Below are positions 9,269 through 18,175 of a stretch of DNA of 64,000 nucleotides, piece by piece. Under the pieces are notes generated by a model. It was not told the origin of the DNA. It ran no database searches and was given only the letters and a program-made list of their open reading frames with translations. The DNA is from an uncultured Pseudomonadota bacterium. Its GTDB lineage: Bacteria > Pseudomonadota > Alphaproteobacteria > JACZXZ01. A program made the position numbers and the translations under genes. Location of the stretch: NCBI GenBank assembly GCA_963749075.1, contig CAVVLJ010000020.1, positions 288,001 through 352,000 on the forward strand, given 5' to 3'. The stretch's first letter is position 1. Every line of letters starts with the position of its first letter.

Positions 9269-10712
9269 CGAGCGCCTCCTCCCGTCCCATCGGAAGCCGA
9301 ATCGTTACCGTCGTGCCCCGATCGGCCGCGGTGTCGAGCTCAATGCGGCCGCGCAACCGGCTCACCATGTGGCAGACCGTCCAGACCCCGAGGCCCAGGC
9401 GCTGGGTGGGCGCGCGCGAGACCTCCGCTGGATTTCTGTAGAGCAGCTCGATGTCGCTGGGAAGGCCGGGGCCGGCGTCGCTCACGGTCATGCGGAACTC
9501 GCGGCCGGCCACGCGCGCCTCGAACGCGACGATGCCCGCGGTCGGTGACGCCGCGCAAGCATTGAGGAGCAGATTGAGGGCGATCTGCCGGACGGCCGAG
9601 CCGTCGACATCGATTTTCTCGGGCGCGCGGTTCTGCCAAGAGAGCTCGAGGTGCCGGCGCCCCACTTCGTGCTGCAGCAGGAACTTGAGATCGTCGAGGT
9701 CCCGCCCGCGTAGCTCGTTGACGCCGGAAGCTCCCTTGTATGTGGCAAGTGCTGCCCGCACGACGTTCCCGATTCCCGACAAACCCCGCTCGAGCAAGTC
9801 CAGCGATCGGCGGCGGATCGCATCGTCGCGGCCATGCTTGCGGAGGGTATCGACGAGATTGAGCATCCCGCCGAGGGGGTTATTGACCTCGTGCGCCATG
9901 CCGGAGGCGAGCTTGCCCAGCATGGCGTACTTCTCCTGCTCGGCGAGGTGCGCGGCGAGGCTCTCGCGCTCGTGCAGCGCCCGGGCCATTGCGTTGAACT
10001 GCGCGAAGAGCTGGCCGAACTCGCTCGAGAGGCGCTTGCGATGGTGCTCGGGGATGGGCTCGATCCGGCCATCGCGGACGCGCTCGACGTAGCGGGTGAG
10101 GACGCCCAACGGATGCAGCATGCGTTTCAGCGCGAAATATCCGATCGCGGCAAAGGCGAGCGTCAAGGCGCTGTTCACCAGAATCAGCGTCAGAGATACG
10201 CGATGCCGGATGCTGAGCAGGTTCGCGATGTCGACCTCGGCGATGATGCGGCCGACGGAAAACGCCCCCTCCTTCAGCGTCCTCGCGAGCCAGGCGCGTC
10301 CCCTGCGGTCGTCGAGGACCAGCTCGTCGCCGGAGGCGAAGCGCTGCCGCAGGTCCTGGGGCACCGGGGTTTGCACCGGGAAGCGGACCGGGTCGGAAGC
10401 GGCCAGCACCGAGCCGTTCGGCAGCTCGACGATCGCGTAAAGCGCCTCGACGCCGGCGTATTGACGGCGCGCCCGGTCGAGGACGTCGAAGGCTTCCCAC
10501 GTATCTGCGCGAACGACCGCGGGGAGGACGGCCGCCGAGAGACCATCCAGGTACGCGCTCGTGAGCAGCCGCAGGTTGCTTTCCTGGTCCGCGACCAAGC
10601 GGGAAAGAACCACCTGCGAGATCATGACAGCGACGCCCACCATCAAGCCGGACACCAGCAAGGGAACCTTGAGCGTGAGCGGCCATGCGGCGATTCGCTG
10701 CAAGAGAGCCAT
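9255..10712 (-). CDS. aioS: sensor histidine kinase
   Basis: Two TM segments, HAMP, AHEVNNPL H box, GLGVW G box; TGATG overlap with aioX stop. Confidence 0.9.
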   Translation of the reverse strand: MALLQRIAAWPLTLKVPLLVSGLMVGVAVMISQVVLSRLVADQESNLRLLTSAYLDGLSAAVLPAVVRADTWEAFDVLDRARRQYAGVEALYAIVELPNGSVLAASDPVRFPVQTPVPQDLRQRFASGDELVLDDRRGRAWLARTLKEGAFSVGRIIAEVDIANLLSIRHRVSLTLILVNSALTLAFAAIGYFALKRMLHPLGVLTRYVERVRDGRIEPIPEHHRKRLSSEFGQLFAQFNAMARALHERESLAAHLAEQEKYAMLGKLASGMAHEVNNPLGGMLNLVDTLRKHGRDDAIRRRSLDLLERGLSGIGNVVRAALATYKGASGVNELRGRDLDDLKFLLQHEVGRRHLELSWQNRAPEKIDVDGSAVRQIALNLLLNACAASPTAGIVAFEARVAGREFRMTVSDAGPGLPSDIELLYRNPAEVSRAPTQRLGLGVWTVCHMVSRLRGRIELDTAADRGTTVTIRLPMGREEALDAVA

Positions 10713-11626
10713 CACACTTGCGCCTTCACGATGCGCCACATCGCCTTGGTGCCTTCATAGAGCTCGGGGCTTTCGGCCGCGAAACCGTCGAGCCCGAGCA
10801 CCGACAGGATCTCCCGGCCGAGCGGGTACGACGTCGTGCCGATGAGCGCGGCGGCGATCGCCGTGGCCACCGGCGTGTTTCGCGTTGCCTGGAGCCCGAC
10901 CACGGGCGGGAAACCGAGCCATTCCGAGCGATAGATGATCCGCGTCTTTCCCACCAACTCGGGTTCGCGGACGCTCATCACGTCCCAGACGTAGCCGTCC
11001 ATGCTGCCGCTTTCGGCCAGCCCCGTGCTGACCGCGCGGATGACGTTCCGGTGACCGTAGGTGAAAAAGGAATCGCGGAAGAATGCCGCCGGCGTCGTCC
11101 GGCGGAGGGCCAGAAGCCAGCGCGTGACCAGATAGCCCGACGTGCTGTCCGGGTCGGAAAAGGCATGGACGGTGCCACGGATGTCGTCGAACGATTGAGC
11201 CCTGCTGGCCTCGTTGACGATGATGTAGGTTTGATAGAGCGGCTTGTGGTGGTAGAGCGGCACCGCCAGCAAGGCGAGCTTGTCCTCGTGCTGCACATAG
11301 GGATCGTCGCAGACCCAGGCGGCATCGAGCTGCCCGGACAGCAGCATGGCGGTGATCTCCTGGTAGGTCCGCCGCTTGACGAGCGTGACCGGCCGCTCCA
11401 GCCGCTGCTCGAGGTAGCTCTGAAGCATCGAGAGGAGCTTGATATCCGAATCGAGGAAGACCGGGGTCAGGCCGAAGCTGACGGCCTCCGCGGCACGGAG
11501 CGGGACGGCACCTGCCGCCACGGCGGCGGCGATCCCGCCGAGGAACGCCCGCCTGCCAAGAATCGCGCGGTCACGGGGCCGATCCGGAGATGACCCCGCG
11601 CGGACGCCCCAGCCGCTGCTGTGCAT
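10712..11626 (-). CDS. aioX: periplasmic oxyanion-binding protein, Tat-exported
   Basis: GRRAFL Tat motif, FGLTPVFLD, conserved Cys (AWVC), SDPDSTSG; GGGAGG RBS. Confidence 0.9.
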   Translation of the reverse strand: MHSSGWGVRAGSSPDRPRDRAILGRRAFLGGIAAAVAAGAVPLRAAEAVSFGLTPVFLDSDIKLLSMLQSYLEQRLERPVTLVKRRTYQEITAMLLSGQLDAAWVCDDPYVQHEDKLALLAVPLYHHKPLYQTYIIVNEASRAQSFDDIRGTVHAFSDPDSTSGYLVTRWLLALRRTTPAAFFRDSFFTYGHRNVIRAVSTGLAESGSMDGYVWDVMSVREPELVGKTRIIYRSEWLGFPPVVGLQATRNTPVATAIAAALIGTTSYPLGREILSVLGLDGFAAESPELYEGTKAMWRIVKAQV

Positions 11627-11710
11627 TGTCGTCCTCCCTGTCCTCCACGCTGCCGGTTGGCAGCGCGGGCGCCTATTGGGCGGCGCCGTACCGGCTCGGT
11701 TCGCCGAACC

Positions 11711-11736
11711 TTCCATATTTCCAATAGAGTATTGCT
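11711..11736 (-). promoter_or_regulatory. degenerate ArsR-like operator upstream of aioX
   Basis: Minus strand GCAATACTCTATTGGAAATATGGAA shares GAAATATGGAA with the arsR1 promoter. Confidence 0.45.
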
Positions 11737-11870
11737 CATCCGCGCCGCCCGCAATACCATTGCGCGGGTTAATGGCGGCCGTTGGGGCCCGCCTTGCGTG
11801 AAGGCTTTAGCAGCGGTGGCCCGGCGTCGGACAACGAATCTAATCAGATGGCCATTTAGGGGCCAGAATT

Positions 11871-12041
11871 GTGCCGAACAGGATCCGATTTCACCGCAAG
11901 AGATTGCTGCCCGCGGTTCTGATCGGCGTCATCGTAGGCGTTGGGATGATGGGTTTTTCCGCACTTTTCGCCTACAGCGCGGTTCTCGTCGGCTCAATTT
12001 CCGGAGTTGGAGCGTTCGTCATCATGATGCTTATTGATTGA
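11871..12041 (+). CDS. small two-helix membrane protein (56 aa), not in ORF track
   Basis: GTG start after AGGGG; MPNRIRFHRKRLLPAVLIGVIVGVGMMGFSALFAYSAVLVGSISGVGAFVIMMLID. Confidence 0.5.
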   Translation: MPNRIRFHRKRLLPAVLIGVIVGVGMMGFSALFAYSAVLVGSISGVGAFVIMMLID

Positions 12042-12154
12042 ATCATGACGGTACTCGATCGGTATGCTCGCTGCGAAAATATGGGCAACTAGCGGCAAGT
12101 ATGATTAGGAATTGAGCATATCCTTGGCGGGCGCCGCGCTCAGGTTGCAGCGGC

Positions 12155-12889
12155 CTATTTCGCAGTGATCTCCGCCGTGGCAAGCTCGGTCGCGCCGCAA
12201 TCGTCGATTTCGAGCGCGTAGCCGACCCACGGCACCGTGCGGACGAGATCGGGAAGACCTGGCCGATCGAGCGCCTTGCGAAGGCGAAGGATATGAACAT
12301 CGACTGTCCGCGGCAGAACGTTCGCATCGTGTCCCCACACCGCGTCTAGAAGCTGTTCGCGCGAAAAGGCTTGGCCAGGGTGTGAGAGGAGGAAGCGAAG
12401 CAGCCGGAATTCGCTGGGCCCGACGTGGATTGGTCGGCCGTTGCGAAGCACCCGGTGCGCCGTCAAGTCCATTCGAACGTCGTCGAATTGCAGGATATCC
12501 TGGACTGGGCCATCCGGTGGCGTTTGGAAGAGGCGACGGATCGACGCGGTCAGGTCTGCAGGATTGATCGGTTTCAGCAAATATTCATCAGCGCCGCAAT
12601 TGCTGCCGCGTACCTTCTGGCCATCCTCTCCTCGGCCAATCGACATGATGATCCGCAGGTGACGCTGGTTCGGAGAGCGGCGCATCTGCCGACAAATATC
12701 CGTCCCCGAAACGACCGGAAGTGTCCAGTCCAGGAGCGCGAGATCCGGCTTTCGCTCGACGATTTGAACGAGCGCGCTCGGCCCATCAAACGCTTCGATC
12801 ACGTCGTAACCCTCGCGCTCGAGATGGTAGCGCAGCGAGGCGCGCAGCGCCGCGTCGTCGTCCGCGAAAAGAACCACTCGTGCCGTCAT
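12155..12889 (-). CDS. phoB: divergent PhoB-like OmpR-family response regulator
   Basis: LLDWTLP, GPSEFRLL, FSREQLLDAVWG, RTVDVHI; directly after pstB. Confidence 0.8.
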   Translation of the reverse strand: MTARVVLFADDDAALRASLRYHLEREGYDVIEAFDGPSALVQIVERKPDLALLDWTLPVVSGTDICRQMRRSPNQRHLRIIMSIGRGEDGQKVRGSNCGADEYLLKPINPADLTASIRRLFQTPPDGPVQDILQFDDVRMDLTAHRVLRNGRPIHVGPSEFRLLRFLLSHPGQAFSREQLLDAVWGHDANVLPRTVDVHILRLRKALDRPGLPDLVRTVPWVGYALEIDDCGATELATAEITAK

Positions 12890-12908
12890 CGATCGAGCCA
12901 CCTCGATG

Positions 12909-13724
12909 TCAACCGAAACGTCCGGTGACGTAGTCCTCTGTCTTCTTCTCCTTAGGACGTTGGAACAGGTGCGCAGTCCCGCCGAACTCGACAAGCTCGC
13001 CGAGATACATGAAGGCGGTATAGTCCGACACCCGGCCAGCTTGCTGCATATTGTGGGTGACGATGACGACTGTGTAATTCTGCTTGAGCTCGCCGATGAG
13101 CTCTTCGATCTTGCTCGTCGAGATCGGGTCGAGAGCCGAGCAGGGCTCGTCCAAAAGCAGCACTTCGGGGTCCACCGCCAGTGCCCGCGCGAGGCACAGG
13201 CGCTGCTGCTGTCCGCCGGAGAGGCTGGCGCCCGATTTGCCGAGCTGGTCTTTGACTTCGTCCCAAAGGGCCGCCATCTTCAGGCTTTTTTCGACTTTTT
13301 CTTCCATGGTAGTGCGTTTTCGCGTCCCATTCAGCTTGAGGCCGGCTGCGACGTTCTCGAAGATCGACATGGTCGGAAACGGGTTCGCCTTCTGAAAGAC
13401 CATCCCGATCCGACGCCGCACTTGAACAACATTTACAGACGGTCCGTACAGATCTTCGCTATCCAGCAGAACCTTGCCCTGAACCCGCGCCCCCCGGGTT
13501 ACCTCATGCATGCGATTGAGACATCGAAGGAGCGTGGACTTGCCGCAACCCGAGGGGCCAATGATCGCCGTGACCGCTCCGGCCTTGAAACCGAGCGACA
13601 CATTGTTCACCGCCCGCGACTTGCCGTAATAGGCGCTCAAGCCTTCCACCGAAAGCAATGTGCCGTTCCCAGAAACGGCTTCGACGTGTTCCGGGACGCT
13701 CGCGTCGGTCGTCACTTCAATCAT
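12909..13724 (-). CDS. pstB: phosphate ABC transporter ATPase
   Basis: [35 protein letters not shown] end. Confidence 0.97.
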   Translation of the reverse strand: MIEVTTDASVPEHVEAVSGNGTLLSVEGLSAYYGKSRAVNNVSLGFKAGAVTAIIGPSGCGKSTLLRCLNRMHEVTRGARVQGKVLLDSEDLYGPSVNVVQVRRRIGMVFQKANPFPTMSIFENVAAGLKLNGTRKRTTMEEKVEKSLKMAALWDEVKDQLGKSGASLSGGQQQRLCLARALAVDPEVLLLDEPCSALDPISTSKIEELIGELKQNYTVVIVTHNMQQAGRVSDYTAFMYLGELVEFGGTAHLFQRPKEKKTEDYVTGRFG

Positions 13725-14571
13725 CGAGTCGGCTCCTGAACGCGAGGCGGGTAAGTGTGCTCGCCACCAGAACAACCATGACCAACATGAGCGAGGCGGC
13801 CCAGGCCTGCGCATGCCAGTCGTCATAGGGGGCGGTCGCATAGCGGTAGATGACCAGCGGCACAGTGGCGATCGGCTTGGCCAAGTTCACGTTCCAGAAA
13901 GGACTGCCGAACGCCGTGAACAGCATGGGCGCCGCTTCGCCGAGAGCGCGAGCGACAGCCAGCAACAAGCCGGTCAGCATCGCCCGGGAACAAGTGGGTA
14001 ACACGATCCGCAAGATCGTCCTCCAAGTCGGAATTCCCAAGGCCAACGATGCCTCCCGAATCGTGCCCGGCACGAGGCGAAGGGCTTCTTGGGCGGTAAT
14101 GAGGATGATCGGGATCATGATGAAGGCGTAAGCCACGGAGCCCGACAGCGCAGAAAATTCGCGCATCGGCTGGACCACCATCGCGTATGCGACAAGCCCA
14201 ACAACGATCGACGGGACGCCGGTCAATGTGTCGGCGAGGAAACGGACGAACCAGCCGAGCCATCCGCTCTGGAACTCATTCAAGAAGACGGCAGCTCCGA
14301 CGCCGATGGGGATCGCCATCGCTGCGGCAACGGCCACGACCTCCAAGCTGCCCACCAGCGCATTTGCAATTCCCCCGCCCCCTTCTCCGACCGGGGTCGG
14401 AAGGGAAATCAGGAAGCTCCAACTGATGTATGAGACGCCCTGGTACGCCACATAGGCCATAATGACGAACAAGACAGACACGGTCAGCGCAGTGCTAACG
14501 GCCATGGCCAGAAAGGCGGCCCTGTCTAAAAGCGTTCGGCGGAGGAGCCCCGCGTCCGGTCCGAATTTCAT
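13717..14571 (-). CDS. pstA: phosphate ABC transporter permease
   Basis: [11 protein letters not shown] loop, RALGEAAP. Confidence 0.95.
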   Translation of the reverse strand: MKFGPDAGLLRRTLLDRAAFLAMAVSTALTVSVLFVIMAYVAYQGVSYISWSFLISLPTPVGEGGGGIANALVGSLEVVAVAAAMAIPIGVGAAVFLNEFQSGWLGWFVRFLADTLTGVPSIVVGLVAYAMVVQPMREFSALSGSVAYAFIMIPIILITAQEALRLVPGTIREASLALGIPTWRTILRIVLPTCSRAMLTGLLLAVARALGEAAPMLFTAFGSPFWNVNLAKPIATVPLVIYRYATAPYDDWHAQAWAASLMLVMVVLVASTLTRLAFRSRLDD

Positions 14572-14574
14572 GGC

Positions 14575-15627
14575 CTACTCCAATATGCCAACCTGCCCTC
14601 GGGAAAGCCGCCATATGAGAAGCTGCGACAGAAGGCCGAGAACGATGGTGATGCCGAATAGCACGAGACCCACATAGATCAGCGACGATACGTAGAGGCT
14701 GTATGTGGCTTCCGTGAACTCGCTGGCGATTTGGCTTGCCATGCTGTGGACCGGATCGAACAGCGAGGTGAGCATCCTGAAGGCGTTTCCGCCGACCAAG
14801 GTGACGGCCATGGTCTCACCGATGGCCCGCCCGAGTCCGAGGACAATAGCGCCGATCAGGCCGACACGCGCATAGGGCAAGACGGCCTTTTGGATGGCTT
14901 CCCATCTGGTCGCCCCGAGAGCGAGCATCGCTTCCAACTGCGAGCGCGGGACCGCGCGGAGCAGGTCGCGCGAGATCGCGGTAATGATCGGCGTGATCAT
15001 GATTGCCAGGATGATGCCCGCCGCCAGAACGCCGACGCCATAGACAGCCGGCCCCTGGAACGGCGGGAACCATCCGAAATGCGCTTTGAGCCAGATTTGC
15101 ATCTGGCGCACAATGGGCACCAGGATGAAAAGCCCCCACAATCCGAAGACGACGCTTGGAATCGCAGCGAGCATTTCCACGAGGTAGGAGAGCGGATTGC
15201 GAATCCAGCGCGGTGCGTAGAGCCCTAGAAAGATCGCCGATCCGAGACTGATCGGAACCGCGATAAGAAGGGCGAGGAAGGATTTCGCGACGGTGCCCAC
15301 AATGGTCGGCAATGTTCCGAACACCTCCGCGACCGGATCCCAGGTGGTGCCGACAAGAAATCCCAGACCGAATCGCTGGATGGCCTCCCAGGACCCGCTA
15401 AAGAGCACGAAAATGAGGAGGCCCGTCAATACAATGATGAGCAACGCGAAGAGTCTGGTTACAGCATAGAAAATGCTGTCCCCGAAGGTTCCGAGACCTC
15501 GACGGACAGCCCACGGACCCGAGCTCCGGGGCAAGGGATCAAGTACGCGAAAGGGCAGAGGATCGGACAGGCGCCGCAACAACGGATCGGGGGACGTGCT
15601 CGCTGTGTCTTGCTCTTCGGCTTCCAT
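14575..15627 (-). CDS. pstC: phosphate ABC transporter permease
   Basis: LAAIPSVVFGLWG, GRAIGETMAV. Confidence 0.95.
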   Translation of the reverse strand: MEAEEQDTASTSPDPLLRRLSDPLPFRVLDPLPRSSGPWAVRRGLGTFGDSIFYAVTRLFALLIIVLTGLLIFVLFSGSWEAIQRFGLGFLVGTTWDPVAEVFGTLPTIVGTVAKSFLALLIAVPISLGSAIFLGLYAPRWIRNPLSYLVEMLAAIPSVVFGLWGLFILVPIVRQMQIWLKAHFGWFPPFQGPAVYGVGVLAAGIILAIMITPIITAISRDLLRAVPRSQLEAMLALGATRWEAIQKAVLPYARVGLIGAIVLGLGRAIGETMAVTLVGGNAFRMLTSLFDPVHSMASQIASEFTEATYSLYVSSLIYVGLVLFGITIVLGLLSQLLIWRLSRGQVGILE

Positions 15628-15644
15628 ATGAAATCCCTGCCCTT

Positions 15645-15676
15645 GGCGGGTTTCCCTTGAGAGCGGGAAACCCGCC
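15645..15676 (-). terminator. pstS-pstC intergenic stem-loop
   Basis: GGCGGGTTTCCC-N8-GGGAAACCCGCC perfect 12-bp stem. Confidence 0.6.
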
Positions 15677-15703
15677 GGATCGTCGATTGCCGCCGGGCTG
15701 AGC

Positions 15704-16819
15704 TCAGTTCATCGCCAGGGCGGGCTTGCCGTCGACCGTGATTTTCTTCAGCAGATTTTCCGCCTTCTTCACTGCTGCGCCCTCAAGCGGCGCGTACAGT
15801 AGCGGCCCACTGAATTTTTGCCCGTCATGGATCATCCACCAGGCGAGGTGCGCGACCGCATCGGTCTCGGCCTTGTCCTTGCCATTTTCATAGACGATCA
15901 TCCAGCTGAACCCGGAAATGGGGTAGGCCTTTGGATTCGCGCTGTCGGTGATCAGAGCCTTCATATCGTCCGGCAAATCCGCCACGTCCGCGGCAGCGGC
16001 GGCCCCCTCTAACGAGGGGTCGAGATAGACGCCTGCCTTGTTGCGCATCTTCACCCAAGGAATGTGGTTCTGTACCGCATAAGCCAGTTCCACATAGCCG
16101 ATGGCCCCGGGAATCTGCTTCACTTGATTGGCGACGCCCTCATTGCCCGCGCCTCCGATGTCGCCGGGCCAATTCACAGACGTGGCAAATCCCACTTTGT
16201 CGGCCCATTCCTTCGACACCTTGGAGAGATAGTTCGAGAAGATGAACGTCGTTCCCGATCCATCGGAGCGGTGCACGACGGCAATGTCGAGATCCGGCAG
16301 CTTGACGCCCGGATTGAGCGACGTGATGCGCTGGTCGTTCCACTTCTTGATCTTCTTGAGATAGATGTCTGCCAGCACATCGGGCGTTATTTTCAGAGTT
16401 CCGCTCGATATCCCCGCCAGGTTGTAGGAAACCGTGACGGCCCCGGCTGTGACGGGAATGTGCAGGATCGGACCGCCTTTCGCCTGAGCCAGCTGCTGAT
16501 CCGTCAAAATGCCGTCGGTGGCGCCGAAATCAACGGTCATTTCCTGAAGTTGCCGGATGCCGCCGCCCGAGCCGATGGATTGGTAGTTGACCTTGACGCC
16601 GCACAGCTTGTTGTACGCGTCGAACATCTTCGAGAAAAGCGGGTAGTCGAAGGTAGAGCCGGCTCCCGTCAGCTCCTTGACGCCCATCTTGGGGCAGGCA
16701 TCCTGTGCCTCGGCGCGGCCAGCCAGCAGCACCATCGCGCCGATCCCCAGCGCCAACAGGGTCTTTCCAGTCACTCGACAAGTCCGCTTCGTCGCTTCGT
16801 TCAGAAACCATCTCATCAT
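15704..16819 (-). CDS. pstS: phosphate-binding periplasmic protein
   Basis: GAGSTF, GSGGG, RSDGSGTT, GYVELAY; signal peptide; AAGGAGG RBS. Confidence 0.96.
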   Translation of the reverse strand: MMRWFLNEATKRTCRVTGKTLLALGIGAMVLLAGRAEAQDACPKMGVKELTGAGSTFDYPLFSKMFDAYNKLCGVKVNYQSIGSGGGIRQLQEMTVDFGATDGILTDQQLAQAKGGPILHIPVTAGAVTVSYNLAGISSGTLKITPDVLADIYLKKIKKWNDQRITSLNPGVKLPDLDIAVVHRSDGSGTTFIFSNYLSKVSKEWADKVGFATSVNWPGDIGGAGNEGVANQVKQIPGAIGYVELAYAVQNHIPWVKMRNKAGVYLDPSLEGAAAAADVADLPDDMKALITDSANPKAYPISGFSWMIVYENGKDKAETDAVAHLAWWMIHDGQKFSGPLLYAPLEGAAVKKAENLLKKITVDGKPALAMN

Positions 16820-16868
16820 GTCAATTTCCCTCCTTGTGCGGTTGCCGTGCGCGGTACCCTCGTATCGA

Positions 16869-16908
16869 CCATATTTCCGGAAAACTAGATTTCCGGAATT
16901 ATCGATGT
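16869..16908 (-). promoter_or_regulatory. tandem ArsR-like operators upstream of pstS
   Basis: Minus strand ACATCGA-TAATTC-CGGAAATCTAG overlapping AAATCTA-GTTTTC-CGGAAATATGG. Confidence 0.55.
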
Positions 16909-17079
16909 TGCGAGCGACAGATTGATTTCGAGAATATGACTTATTTATGACGATTGAACTATCTCCGGCCGGGGCTGCAGCAGGCACAGACGAGTCGGGA
17001 ACTGTCCTTCCAGCCCATGTCGAGACGCAGCAATCGGCGATAACGACTATCTGACCATGGAATTCTTGCGGGAGTTGAT

Positions 17080-17112
17080 TCATCACGAGCAGGTCATGAC
17101 ATTGTCATCGAA
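17080..17112 (+). promoter_or_regulatory. Pho-box-like 11-bp periodic repeats
   Basis: CATCAC, GGTCAT and TGTCAT at 11-bp spacing between pstS and arsR. Confidence 0.35.
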
Positions 17113-17175
17113 TCGGGATACTGGTACGGAGAGTGCATTTCGGCCCGATATTCTCGGAGTATCGAAGGGCGGCCG

Positions 17176-17211
17176 TTGACAATGGACAGAAAATTCGACA
17201 ATACTCGAAAT
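17176..17211 (+). promoter_or_regulatory. sigma70 promoter with overlapping operator for arsR1
   Basis: TTGACA-N18-AATACT; palindrome TTCGA-N6-TCGAA covers the -10 element. Confidence 0.65.
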
Positions 17212-17604
17212 ATGGAAAAGGTGGACGCCCTGGCGGCCCTCTCCGGCCTCTCGCACGAGACGCGGCTCGACATCTTCCGGCTCCTGGTCGAGGCGGGACC
17301 CGGCGGGATATCCGCCGGCCGGATCGGCGAGCGTCTCGATCTAGCACCGGCGACGCTCTCCTTCCACTTGAGCCACCTCAAGCATGCCGGCCTCGTCGAT
17401 GCCGAGCGGAACGGCCGCTCGCTGATCTACTCGGCCGACTTCGAGCGCGTGCGGACGCTCGTGGCCTATCTGACCGAGAACTGCTGCGAGGGCCATCCGG
17501 CGTCGTGCGGCCTTCCCGAGTGCGAGCCGGCGTCCGTCGCAGCGAGAGCGAAAGCCGGAGGGAGACGAGACCATGAAGCGCCTTCGCGTGCGCGCCGCCG
17601 CTGA
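17212..17604 (+). CDS. arsR: ArsR-family repressor with C-terminal CC plus further Cys (arsR1)
   Basis: ETRLDIFRLL, TLSFHL, YLTENCCEGHPASC. Confidence 0.92.
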   Translation: MEKVDALAALSGLSHETRLDIFRLLVEAGPGGISAGRIGERLDLAPATLSFHLSHLKHAGLVDAERNGRSLIYSADFERVRTLVAYLTENCCEGHPASCGLPECEPASVAARAKAGGRRDHEAPSRARRR

Positions 17605-17638
17605 TCCGGCCGCGGCGGCCGCCTCAGCTAGAGCCTAG
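17573..17638 (+). pseudogene. probable 5' relic of an ArsI/CadI-family VOC gene
   Basis: Strong GGAGGGAG RBS then MKRLRVRAAAD.., resembling the MKRLHVHVAV start typical of this position; stops after 21 aa. Confidence 0.45.
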
Positions 17639-17647
17639 GATCGCCCA

Positions 17648-18175
17648 ATGACCCAAAGGACCTTCAACGTCCTTTTCTTGTGCACGGGGAATTCCGCCAG
17701 GAGCATCTTCGCGGAGGTCCTCCTCGGGCACTGGGGCAAGGGCCGCTTCAATGCGTTCAGCGCCGGCAGCTTCCCGAAGCCGGCACCGCATCCCTATGCT
17801 CTTGAGCTGCTGAGGAGGCTGCACCTGCCGACGGAAGGGCTGCGCAGCAAGAGCTGGGACGAGTTCGCCGGGCCGCGTGCGCCGGAGATGGACTTCGTCT
17901 TCACCGTGTGCGACCAGGCGGCGAATGAGCCGTGCCCCGTGTGGCCCGGCCAGCCCATCACCGCCCATTGGGGCCTCGCCGATCCTGCGGCGGTCGAGGG
18001 GAGCGAGATCGAGAAGCGCGACGCCTTCAGGCGCGCGCTGCGCGAGCTCGAGTTCCGCATCAAGATCTTCGTCAATCTGCGGGTCGAGGCGCTCGACCGG
18101 CTGGCGCTCAAGAAGAAGGTCGACGAAATTGGCCGCACCGTCCTCGACACATCCTCCGTCGAGCGCGCCTCGTGA
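17648..18175 (+). CDS. arsC: arsenate reductase, LMW-PTP fold
   Basis: CTGNSARS P-loop, SKSWDEF, TVCD..E.CPVWPG, HWGLADP. Confidence 0.95.
   Translation: MTQRTFNVLFLCTGNSARSIFAEVLLGHWGKGRFNAFSAGSFPKPAPHPYALELLRRLHLPTEGLRSKSWDEFAGPRAPEMDFVFTVCDQAANEPCPVWPGQPITAHWGLADPAAVEGSEIEKRDAFRRALRELEFRIKIFVNLRVEALDRLALKKKVDEIGRTVLDTSSVERAS

Noticed and set aside
16820-17086. N-terminal extension of PstS in the ORF track
   Set aside because: Strong RBS and signal peptide begin at 16819; the extension covers the regulatory region
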